From a virus (taxonomy: Duplodnaviria; Caudoviricetes), in the IMG/VR virus record IMGVR_UViG_3300031519_006606, positions 1 to 36,331 of that record: DNA of 36,331 nucleotides; one strand, given 5' to 3'. The notes below the pieces were generated by a model. The model was not told the DNA's origin and did not search any database. It saw only the letters and a program-made list of their open reading frames with translations. Shown in pieces: positions 9,120 through 17,091 of the stretch (its first letter is position 1; every line of letters starts with the position of its first letter). The position numbers and the translations under genes were made by a program.

Positions 9120-9148
9120 TTTATACAACTAAAAAGAGAATCATGCAA
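9120..9148 (-). promoter_or_regulatory. Sigma70-type promoter
   Basis: Minus strand TTGCAT-N17-TATAAA. Confidence 0.65.
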
Positions 9149-9844
9149 TCATAAAATGGCTACAGACTGCTCACGTTCTAGATAGGTAAGCATAAAAGAC
9201 CTAACATCATTTATATTTGAAGTAAAATTAAAATGATTTACAATGTTCATATACTCTGATTCAAATATATCATCGTTAGTTGAGAATAATTTATGTATAT
9301 CAATATTAAAAGCATTACTATGAGGATTACGCATTAATTTAAGTCTGTCTTTAGCATATTCATTAGAGTGTATTATATAATCTTTTTTAAATAGTAAAGG
9401 TCTTTGTTTAACTATAGCATGCATATCAGAAGTGTATAACCAAACGCAAGGCCTATACATATGATATATAAAATCTAAAGTACAATATATAAAACTTTGT
9501 AAACTGCCTTGTTTATAATAGTCTATTACATGTTGAGTAGGATATTTAGGAAAAGATCTAGAATTATACATGGTAGTATGCGCTGTTATATAATTAGCTT
9601 TTTCATTTCTGTCTAATCTAGTATCTACCCAACTACCTTTTTCAGGATAGCATAAAGGTGAATAGTTAGGTTTTTTATCCCAATTCATTATACTACTATC
9701 CCACCATACTTCTTTATGACTAGCTAGTATTCTATATACACAGTGTCCCCTAAAACCATGAGGAGCAATAAGGGGTTGACATCTACTGTCTAAGTTGTTC
9801 CAAAAAATAGCTGCTTTTGCAGGATCAAGGTCTAATTCACTCAT
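9149..9844 (-). CDS. Sulfotransferase-like protein, paralog of 33956 and 34628
   Basis: GHCVYRILAS..VWWD...N...PL.YP..G and NIDIHKL.S.....F..EY...VR.F align by eye with the two right-end ORFs. Confidence 0.55.
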   Translation of the reverse strand: MSELDLDPAKAAIFWNNLDSRCQPLIAPHGFRGHCVYRILASHKEVWWDSSIMNWDKKPNYSPLCYPEKGSWVDTRLDRNEKANYITAHTTMYNSRSFPKYPTQHVIDYYKQGSLQSFIYCTLDFIYHMYRPCVWLYTSDMHAIVKQRPLLFKKDYIIHSNEYAKDRLKLMRNPHSNAFNIDIHKLFSTNDDIFESEYMNIVNHFNFTSNINDVRSFMLTYLEREQSVAIL

Positions 9845-9867
9845 AAACTTATACTTCCGTTTTTATG

Positions 9868-9896
9868 TTGACCTACTAAATTTTATAACTTATAAT
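9868..9896 (+). promoter_or_regulatory. Near-consensus sigma70 promoter at the strand switch
   Basis: TTGACC(9868-9873)-N17-TATAAT(9891-9896). Confidence 0.8.
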
Positions 9897-9902
9897 ACTC
9901 AT

Positions 9903-10088
9903 ATGTATATAACTGAAAAAGAATTAAAATTTGAAATAAGACATGTGCACGCACTTATAAATGAGTTAGCAGCTGATCAAGCTGGTGATATTCGTTTTTT
10001 ACATCAAGAACTGATGGAGTTAAAAGAACGAGTAAGTACACAAGATGAAGTAATTCAAATGTTAAAGGATAGATTAAATGAGTCATAA
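9903..10088 (+). CDS. Small coiled-coil hypothetical protein
   Basis: In-frame ATG at 9903 (MYITEKELKFEIRH...) just after the promoter; the track's longer 9795 start overlaps the divergent gene. Confidence 0.7.
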   Translation: MYITEKELKFEIRHVHALINELAADQAGDIRFLHQELMELKERVSTQDEVIQMLKDRLNES

Positions 10089-10338
10089 GTTAGTAGGATT
10101 TGCTGATTCAGTAAATACAGTATATATTGAAAATCAATTGCAGTCAATAGCTAATCAAATTTCTGGACTAGAAACAGAGTTAGCAGACGAAACAGATTCT
10201 AGACTAAAAAAATATTCTAAAACACCTAATAGAGTACCGTGTTTTATGCTATTTCAAAATGATGTTCAGAAAAATCATATTCATGCTAAAATGACTGAAG
10301 ATTATGCATTAAGATGGGTAAAAGGAGCTATAGGCTAA
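10078..10338 (+). CDS. Thioredoxin-fold-like protein lacking CxxC
   Basis: KKY....RVPCFMLFQND.........T...L.WV resembles the thioredoxin C-terminal half with the cis-Pro. Confidence 0.45.
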   Translation: MSHKLVGFADSVNTVYIENQLQSIANQISGLETELADETDSRLKKYSKTPNRVPCFMLFQNDVQKNHIHAKMTEDYALRWVKGAIG

Positions 10339-10339
10339 T

Positions 10340-11392
10340 ATGCCAAAGGCAATAGTATGTACACCTCATGATGCTAGAATAAATAAACATCGTAAAGATT
10401 ATTTAACAGCAGTACATCATTCTATGGATTACCCCTTTCAATCAGAAGATGGTAGAGATGCTTCTCCTATGCATCAACAGTTAGAAACTACTTGTAAACG
10501 TTTTAATCCTATAAAATATTGGCAATTTACTAACTGTTGTACAGATTCTCTACAAATAGCTTTTCATATACTATGTAAGCCTGGAGATACTGTTATTGTA
10601 CCTGCATATGGTTGGAGAGCTATAACTAATGCTCCTCAATTTGTAGGTTTACATGTTATATATTGTGATATTGATGATACAGGTAATATAGATTTAAATC
10701 AATTACAACATCTTATTATAGAACATAAACCCACAGCAGTATTAATAGTGCATAATTTTGGGACAATAGTAGACATATCTAAAATAACAGACATATGTGT
10801 ACTTAATAATGTTAGTATTATAGAAGATGCTGCACCTTCTTTTGTTATGAATGAATCTTATAAGTATAAATTAGGTTCTTATTCAGATATAGTATGTTTT
10901 TCTTTTGATTTTACTAAGTCTCCTGGTTGTTTAGGTGCAGGAGGGGGACTTGCTACTAATAGTGAAGAATTATTTAATAAAATTAAAACTGTAGGATCTC
11001 ACATCACATCTACTCATGGTATAGGTACAAAATCATATTTAGATACTATAGCAGCAGGAGTGTTAAATACTGACATAAAATTAATAGAGCAAAATAACTA
11101 TAGACAACATAGAGTCAACATTGCTACTTACTATATAAACAATCTTCCCTATAAAACTCTAAGCGGAGAAAATTACATATTTCATCGTTTTATAATTCTA
11201 ACAGATAGAGATAAAAAACAAACAGTAATTGAGAAGTTTAAATCACAAAAAATACTAGCTAAATCTGTATTTGATCCTAATATAAGTATTCTTCCTAGGG
11301 CAAATGAGTTTACAGAGACAGCAATTGAGCTTCCTTGTCATCAGTTTATTGATATAAATGACTTAGATTCGAGAATTAAAAAGATTTTATGA
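10340..11392 (+). CDS. DegT/DnrJ/EryC1/StrS PLP-dependent sugar aminotransferase
   Basis: IIEDAA, FSFDFTK (PLP lysine), GAGGG, ELPCH. Confidence 0.9.
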   Translation: MPKAIVCTPHDARINKHRKDYLTAVHHSMDYPFQSEDGRDASPMHQQLETTCKRFNPIKYWQFTNCCTDSLQIAFHILCKPGDTVIVPAYGWRAITNAPQFVGLHVIYCDIDDTGNIDLNQLQHLIIEHKPTAVLIVHNFGTIVDISKITDICVLNNVSIIEDAAPSFVMNESYKYKLGSYSDIVCFSFDFTKSPGCLGAGGGLATNSEELFNKIKTVGSHITSTHGIGTKSYLDTIAAGVLNTDIKLIEQNNYRQHRVNIATYYINNLPYKTLSGENYIFHRFIILTDRDKKQTVIEKFKSQKILAKSVFDPNISILPRANEFTETAIELPCHQFIDINDLDSRIKKIL

Positions 11393-12339
11393 AAATACTA
11401 ATAACTGGAGGATTAGGATTTATTGGTAGTCATTTAGTAGCAACTTTATCAAATCACCATACAATAGATATTATTGATAATTTTAATGAAGCATATCCTG
11501 GATATCAATATATACATAGAGGTAAACAAGGTCTACAAAAAGTTGGATCAATAGAACAAAAACATAGACAACAAGCTCTTAAATATAGATTAAGTTTGAT
11601 TAAGGGTAATTTTAAAAAATTATACAGACAATGGACTTTTGAAATGTCTGATAAGTTTAAAGAAAATAAATATGATTTGATAATAAACTGTGGTTCTTTA
11701 TGTGAAGCTGTATTAAGTCAATATTTTAAGTGCTTTACTCAACATACGATAGTATCAGGACTTAAGAACATAAAAACATGGTTTCCGGATACTCCTTGCT
11801 TACACATAAGTAGTAGCATGGTTTATGGCACTTGGGAAGATCTAATTGACGAGCAGTACTCTTTAGGAAGTGTAGACGTATATGGACGTTGTAAAATCGA
11901 AGCAGAGAAGGCATTAAGCAAAACAGATGTGTGCCTTAGACCAATTCATGTTTATGGCATGGGAGACGGTAAGTTTCCTATTTGGATGAATATAGAAAGA
12001 CAAATGTCTATTAATAAGCCTGTATTAATAGAACGAGCAGGTTGTATCTACATTAATGATTTTGTTTTAACAGTAAAAAATATTATAGACAAATGGAATC
12101 CAGGAGCGTATAATATTTCATATGACTTTACTCGAGATCCTAATGCTATAAAAACAATATACCCTAAATCTTTTGAAACTAAAGAGAAGTTAGGGCCAAC
12201 AGGCAAAAAAAGAGGTTTACTCTTATCAAACAAACTTAGACAGACTTTTAATTTCGACTACGAGTTTAGAGATTATGAGTCTACTATTAGGGATTATTAC
12301 GAACAGTATGAAAAATATGAAACCAAGACCCAGAAATAA
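11389..12339 (+). CDS. NAD-dependent epimerase/dehydratase
   Basis: TGGLGFIG, SSSMVYG, YGRCK (YxxxK). Confidence 0.9.
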   Translation: MKILITGGLGFIGSHLVATLSNHHTIDIIDNFNEAYPGYQYIHRGKQGLQKVGSIEQKHRQQALKYRLSLIKGNFKKLYRQWTFEMSDKFKENKYDLIINCGSLCEAVLSQYFKCFTQHTIVSGLKNIKTWFPDTPCLHISSSMVYGTWEDLIDEQYSLGSVDVYGRCKIEAEKALSKTDVCLRPIHVYGMGDGKFPIWMNIERQMSINKPVLIERAGCIYINDFVLTVKNIIDKWNPGAYNISYDFTRDPNAIKTIYPKSFETKEKLGPTGKKRGLLLSNKLRQTFNFDYEFRDYESTIRDYYEQYEKYETKTQK

Positions 12340-12670
12340 TGGGATAAAAACAATGACTATCTTTGTACGTAATAATGACGTAGATAAAGCTATGCGTATT
12401 CTTAAAAAGAAACTTCATAATGAAGGTATGACTAAAGAATTACGTGAAAAACGTCATTTTACTCCTCCAGGAGAAAAACGTAGATTAGCAGCTAAAGCTG
12501 GTAAAAAAAGATGGAATAAAAAGCGTGAGCAGATCGAACAACAAATGATTCGAAATGAACGAAATGCTATGAGAAAAACAAGGAATAAAGGTAACAATGT
12601 TTCCAGACAGAACCAAAATACAGGTAGACCACATAAAAGGAATAGTACACCTAGGCCTAAGAGTAACTGA
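12317..12670 (+). CDS. rpsU: Ribosomal protein bS21 with basic C-terminal extension
   Basis: VRNNDVDKAMRILKKK...G..KELREKRHFTPPGEKRR; start uncertain (12308, 12317 or 12353). Confidence 0.9.
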   Translation: MKPRPRNNGIKTMTIFVRNNDVDKAMRILKKKLHNEGMTKELREKRHFTPPGEKRRLAAKAGKKRWNKKREQIEQQMIRNERNAMRKTRNKGNNVSRQNQNTGRPHKRNSTPRPKSN

Positions 12671-12902
12671 TAACCACGTTCAGAATATTGTAATGCCTAT
12701 TAGAGACATGTTTAAAATATGTACACCATCTACAAAAAAGTATGAATGGACAGTAGGGACAATCTATTGGCAATTTTATAGAAAAACAGAACATATAAAA
12801 TTATTTTTTAAAACTGAGCATGTAGATTTTCATTGGAGATTTAGCCACGAAGAGTGGGATGTTATTACTAAAGAATTACTAGAAAAAGTAAAAGAAGGTT
12901 AA
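12597..12902 (+). CDS. Hypothetical protein
   Basis: 101-aa ORF preceded by AAAGGTAACA; overlaps the bS21 tail. Confidence 0.7.
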   Translation: MFPDRTKIQVDHIKGIVHLGLRVTDNHVQNIVMPIRDMFKICTPSTKKYEWTVGTIYWQFYRKTEHIKLFFKTEHVDFHWRFSHEEWDVITKELLEKVKEG

Positions 12903-12909
12903 TGCATTC

Positions 12910-12938
12910 TTGCTAACTGCTTGTTTATTATATAATAT
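12910..12938 (+). promoter_or_regulatory. Putative sigma70-type promoter upstream of the tmRNA unit
   Basis: TTGCTA followed by TATAATAT at 15-17 nt spacing in an intergenic gap. Confidence 0.5.
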
Positions 12939-12965
12939 ACTTATATAACAAATGTGGAGATAACA

Positions 12966-13217
12966 ATGAGAGCGTTTAAAGGAACATTTAAAAAGAAAAA
13001 CGGTGAATCAAGAAATATGCTATTTGCTAAAATTTCTGATCTACCACAAGAGTTTCTTGACTCAGAAATAGGTCATGGAGCAGGTTCTGAGCAAACATAT
13101 GCAGAAGGTATGGAACTGGTTTGGGATTTAGAAGCAGACAACTATAGAGTCTTTAATTGGGCTACTATAGAGTCTGACCCAAAGGAGTTATCTATTGACG
13201 AAGGTCACTTTACCTGA
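12966..13217 (+). CDS. WYL_2/DUF2693-like small SH3/Sm-fold phage protein
   Basis: F.KKNGE.R.M ... VWDLEA..YR.F pattern; GGAG RBS before ATG 12966. Confidence 0.6.
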   Translation: MRAFKGTFKKKNGESRNMLFAKISDLPQEFLDSEIGHGAGSEQTYAEGMELVWDLEADNYRVFNWATIESDPKELSIDEGHFT

Positions 13218-13341
13218 TAGTACAGAAGTTATAGTGTCTGTACAAGAAGGATATATTCTAGTAGAAACAGAAACTATAGATTTTGAAGAACTAAAAAGAC
13301 AAGCTAAACAAAGTGCTTTGAAGAAGCAAGATGAAAGCTGA
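13195..13341 (+). CDS. Small hypothetical protein (48 aa)
   Basis: Not in ORF track. AAGGAG then TTG: MTKVTLPDSTEVIVSVQEGYILVETETIDFEELKRQAKQSALKKQDES. Confidence 0.55.
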   Translation: MTKVTLPDSTEVIVSVQEGYILVETETIDFEELKRQAKQSALKKQDES

Positions 13342-13641
13342 ACTGGACTCGGGGGCAGTACCCGACAGCTCCACCATAGATACACTATTAACAAAACAGC
13401 CGTGGCTGGCTCGCTAGACTATCCCGGGCTCTTAGTTCGTTAGGGAAAAAAGCTATAGTGTATCTTTGATGGGGCTGAAATAGGATCGACAGGTAGTGTA
13501 TAGTTAAGTGGAGAAGCAGGTGTGCAAACAACCTTAATCGTAAGACAACTACAAATGCAAACAATAATTTTGCTCCTACAGGTTATGCGTTAGCCGCATG
13601 ATGCTGGTGGGTATGGGTTCCACCTAGAAACAGAACGGGCC
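13330..13641 (+). ncRNA. ssrA: Circularly permuted two-piece tmRNA, alphaproteobacterial type
   Basis: Acceptor piece first: T-arm TCGGG-GGCAGTA-CCCGA, CAGCTCC-A-CCA ending 13376. Coding piece starts GGGGCTGAAATAGGATCGAC at 13471, giving a 7-bp acceptor stem with G3:U70. Tag frame 13557-13601 reads ANNNFAPTGYALAA-stop. 3' motif GGTTCCACCT..AAACAGAAC. Outer ends approximate. Confidence 0.95.
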
Positions 13642-13651
13642 TTTAATTATA

Positions 13652-14230
13652 ATGAGAAATAAAATGAATAAATTATACATTCTAGGAAACGGAAGTTTTG
13701 CTCAAGAAGTATTTGAGCAAATAATTGTTGCTAATCAAGTTAAAAATTTTGGAGGCTTTATCATATTAAAAAATGGTAAGGCTTTTTGTATAGGTGAAGA
13801 AGGTGCAGAAGCCTTTACTTACCCACCAGAAGCTAGACTTATTCTTGGTACTGCTAACCCTCAATGGAGAACTCAATTTTACAACCATTTTTTAGGCTAT
13901 TACGAACTTAATATTAATCACTGGCCTAATATGTCAGCACCTAATTCATACCAATCACTAAGCTCTACTGTTGGAATTGGTAATTTATTTTTGATGTTTT
14001 CATTAGTAAATGCAAATACTCAAGTAGGTAATTTTAATTTATTATGTACCTACTCATCTGTAAGTGTAAATTGTGCATTAGGTAACTATAATGTATTATC
14101 TCCTTATTCTTCTATAGCTAAGAATGTATGTATAGAAAACACTAATTTACTAGAATCAGGAGAAATTCTATTTGAAGATCTTGAAAGTGATTGTGTACTA
14201 ACATCAGGTGTAGTATACGCTAATGACTAA
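13652..14230 (+). CDS. PglD/NeuD-like hexapeptide-repeat sugar acyltransferase
   Basis: ILGNGSFAQEV Rossmann N-terminus plus left-handed beta-helix repeats (VGIGN, VGNFN, LGNYN). Confidence 0.75.
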   Translation: MRNKMNKLYILGNGSFAQEVFEQIIVANQVKNFGGFIILKNGKAFCIGEEGAEAFTYPPEARLILGTANPQWRTQFYNHFLGYYELNINHWPNMSAPNSYQSLSSTVGIGNLFLMFSLVNANTQVGNFNLLCTYSSVSVNCALGNYNVLSPYSSIAKNVCIENTNLLESGEILFEDLESDCVLTSGVVYAND

Positions 14231-14897
14231 GGTAGCAGTAATGCAACCGTATGCATTTCCTTATTTTGGGTATTTACAACTTATGAAGTGTGTAGATCAT
14301 TTTGTATTTATGGATGATGTTACTTTTATTAAAAAAGGTTTTATGAATAGAAATAAAATTATGAGTAATGGTAAAGAACAACTCTTTACTATACCTGTTA
14401 GTAAGATTTCTCAGAATAAAAAAATTAACGAACATTATGTTAGTTCTCAATGGTCTACAAAATTAATTAGGTCAATTCAACACAACTATCAGAAGAGTCC
14501 GTATTTTGAAGAATACTCTGTTCATCTATTTCCACTTATAAAAGAATTAGAAGATAAAAAATTCTCAGATGCTTGTGTTTTAATTTTTGAAACTATAGCA
14601 GATATACTTAATATAACTTCAAAATGGCATCTATCTTCATCATTCCGTGTAGAACATTTAAAAGCAGAACAAAAGATTATTACTATCTGTAATGAATTAG
14701 ATGCAGATATGTATATTAATCCTATTGGAGGATTATCTCTTGATTTCTATACTCAAGAAGTATTTGATCCAATCCAATTACGTTTCATCAAACGACAAGA
14801 TTCTTTACCCTCTACATCTGTAATAGATCTATTATTTAGATTTGGGTCTGAGGAACTTCGTAATAACATAGATAAATATGAATTGATAAACAAATGA
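14223..14897 (+). CDS. WbqC-like family protein
   Basis: MQPY.FPY.GY, FV.MDDV.F, NRNKI, YINPIGG, S.ID.L. Confidence 0.9.
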   Translation: MTKVAVMQPYAFPYFGYLQLMKCVDHFVFMDDVTFIKKGFMNRNKIMSNGKEQLFTIPVSKISQNKKINEHYVSSQWSTKLIRSIQHNYQKSPYFEEYSVHLFPLIKELEDKKFSDACVLIFETIADILNITSKWHLSSSFRVEHLKAEQKIITICNELDADMYINPIGGLSLDFYTQEVFDPIQLRFIKRQDSLPSTSVIDLLFRFGSEELRNNIDKYELINK

Positions 14898-15517
14898 CAA
14901 AACCAATTATAATATTTGGAAATAAAGATTTAGCAGAAATGGCTAAATGGTATTGGGGGAGTACTGTTGTAGGATTTACAATGAATAATCCTGAATCTGA
15001 TACATTTTTAGGTTTTCCTATGTATGATTTTGAAACAATAGTAGAAACTAGACCTCCTTCAGAATATGATATGTTTGTTCCTATAATTGACAATGTAACA
15101 AGGGCTAGAATATATACTAGGTGTAAAGAATTAGGCTATAGATTACCTAGTTATATACATCACAATGCTTTAGTTTGGAATAGAAATGCTATTGGAGATA
15201 ACTGCTTTATACAAGAATTTAATAATATACAGTATAAAACTACAGTAGGTAATAATGTTATTATGTGGGCAAGTAATCATATCGGCCATCACAGTATAAT
15301 AGAAGATCATTGTTTTTTTACTTCTCATGTATGCATGTCAGGTCATTGTCATATAGGTAGTCATGCTTATCTAGGAGTAAATGCTACTATTAGGGATTTT
15401 GGAGAAATAGCCGAAGGAACATTTGTATCTATGGATACATCTATAACTAAAAATATCACAGAACCGTGGGGAATATATAGAGGCAGCCCAGCACGGAGAT
15501 TGAAAAATGTGGAATAA
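14894..15517 (+). CDS. Hexapeptide-repeat sugar acetyltransferase
   Basis: IGDNCFIQE.N.IQ, NHIGHHS.I.DHCF, G.PAR. Confidence 0.9.
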   Translation: MTKPIIIFGNKDLAEMAKWYWGSTVVGFTMNNPESDTFLGFPMYDFETIVETRPPSEYDMFVPIIDNVTRARIYTRCKELGYRLPSYIHHNALVWNRNAIGDNCFIQEFNNIQYKTTVGNNVIMWASNHIGHHSIIEDHCFFTSHVCMSGHCHIGSHAYLGVNATIRDFGEIAEGTFVSMDTSITKNITEPWGIYRGSPARRLKNVE

Positions 15518-16391
15518 ACATGGTATTATCTATTCTGCTAAAAAAGCACAGTTACCTGTATTAGAAGAAAGAAATTGTTCTTGGAGAATATATTTTACTT
15601 CTCGTAATAAACTAAATCAAAATGAAGGATATTTTATTGATGTAGAAAAAGGTAATCCGTCCAATATACTGGCTCCTGCTAAACAAGTGTTAGTTCCTGG
15701 CAAACCAGGAAGTACAGACTCTGCAGGTGTTATGCCTACATGTAAGTTTGAAGATAAATTATATTATATAGGATGGACTATACGAAAAGATGTTCCCTAT
15801 TTTAATTACTGTTCTGTAGCTAAAGAAAAATTTAATGCTAAGTTCAAAAAACGTGGACCTATCTTGTCTCCTGATTTAATAGATCCTGGTTTTTCAGGCA
15901 CTATATGTGTAACTAAACTTAATGATACGTATATGGGTTATTATTTATCGTGTAATAACTGGCTACCAGATGAAGAAGGTAACTTACAACCTTCATATAG
16001 TATTAGATTAGCTACATCAGATGATGGATTAAATTGGAATAAATCAGGAATCCCTACTATTAAACTAAGAGGTGAAGAAGCAGGAATCTCATCTGCTACT
16101 GTGTATAAACATAAAGATATATTTCATATGTGGTTTTCTGTTAGAAATAGTATTGAGTTTAGAACAAATCCAGAGCACGCATATACTATACAGCACGCTA
16201 CTTCTAGAGACGGATATAGCTGGACAAGAGATACAAAATTTGGTATAGTACAAGAACTGGAGTTTGAATCAATTATGTGCGCTTATCCAGTAGTAATTCC
16301 TTATGAAGATAAACTTCATATGTTTTATAATGGCAATGGCTTCGGTGAAACTGGTATAGCACATGCAACAATGGAAATGGAGAAATTATGA
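15507..16391 (+). CDS. Five-bladed beta-propeller glycoside hydrolase-like protein
   Basis: LYYIGW, ATSDDGLNW, ATSRDGYSW, AYP, MFYNGNGFG.TGI. Confidence 0.8.
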   Translation: MWNKHGIIYSAKKAQLPVLEERNCSWRIYFTSRNKLNQNEGYFIDVEKGNPSNILAPAKQVLVPGKPGSTDSAGVMPTCKFEDKLYYIGWTIRKDVPYFNYCSVAKEKFNAKFKKRGPILSPDLIDPGFSGTICVTKLNDTYMGYYLSCNNWLPDEEGNLQPSYSIRLATSDDGLNWNKSGIPTIKLRGEEAGISSATVYKHKDIFHMWFSVRNSIEFRTNPEHAYTIQHATSRDGYSWTRDTKFGIVQELEFESIMCAYPVVIPYEDKLHMFYNGNGFGETGIAHATMEMEKL

Positions 16392-17077
16392 AAATAGATA
16401 ATTTAAAAGAATTAAAAGAACAAGGTTACACTATTGTACCAAAATTAGTAGAAGTTGACTTTGTAGATGCTATATACGACTCAGTAAACGCAGTGTTTAA
16501 TAAACAAATACAGCGTACTGGTTGCAAGGATATGGATGATTTAAAAGAAAAACACTATGATTTATGGAATCTTTGTGATTTACATTCTCAATGGAATTTA
16601 CAAGTACACCACTTGCAATGTATGCTAGGGTATAAAATGGCTAAATTTATGATTGATCCTCTAGTTGGAATAAATATAAGACCTATGGTATATTGTAATG
16701 GGTATCTGCCTCTTAAAATGAGAGGATCTACTGATTCTTTAGTATGTTGTGTTCCTTTAATTAACGAAAAAGAATCAGGATATTTACAAATGATCCCTAA
16801 AAATCTAGAGGAAGAAAGAAATATTGAGTATAAAGTACATACGCGTGAATGGCGTGAGGCTGATGATAAAGACTGGGTATCTATAGATGTACCTAAAGGT
16901 GATGTTTTAGTATTTGCTCATGATGTAGCTCATAGACATAGTAAAACAAAAGAAGGTAGTTTGTGGTATGCTTATTTTACTTATAACAATATGTATGATC
17001 CTGCATTTGTTGAAGCGGGATACCCGCATCCTTACACTGATTGGACTAAAAGAGATTATAATGATGAACACTCTTAA
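16388..17077 (+). CDS. PhyH-like dioxygenase, possibly degenerate
   Basis: E.GY.IV..L N-terminus, VPL, GYLQMIP, GDVLVF....AH; no obvious HxD. Confidence 0.6.
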   Translation: MKIDNLKELKEQGYTIVPKLVEVDFVDAIYDSVNAVFNKQIQRTGCKDMDDLKEKHYDLWNLCDLHSQWNLQVHHLQCMLGYKMAKFMIDPLVGINIRPMVYCNGYLPLKMRGSTDSLVCCVPLINEKESGYLQMIPKNLEEERNIEYKVHTREWREADDKDWVSIDVPKGDVLVFAHDVAHRHSKTKEGSLWYAYFTYNNMYDPAFVEAGYPHPYTDWTKRDYNDEHS

Positions 17078-17091
17078 AAAAGAGGTAAGTT

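Noticed and set aside
9118-9125. TATAAATA as a T4-type late promoter
   Set aside because: It has a TTGCAT -35 at 17 nt, which fits sigma70; the octamer also occurs by chance in AT-rich DNA
9795-9902. Longer N-terminus for the ORF ending at 10088
   Set aside because: It overlaps the divergent gene and spans a near-consensus promoter; ATG 9903 is more plausible
13342-13376. Stand-alone tRNA or tRNA-fragment att site ending in CCA
   Set aside because: It has no D or anticodon arm upstream and pairs with GGGGCTG at 13471, so it is the tmRNA acceptor piece; no integrase or duplicated end is seen
13188-13394. 68-aa minus-strand ORF in the track
   Set aside because: Antisense to the tmRNA and to a + strand ORF with an RBS
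13377-13470. HDV-like (theta), hammerhead or pistol ribozyme after the CCA end
   Set aside because: I could not fit the nested double pseudoknot or the conserved cores by hand; kept only as an unassigned structured RNA
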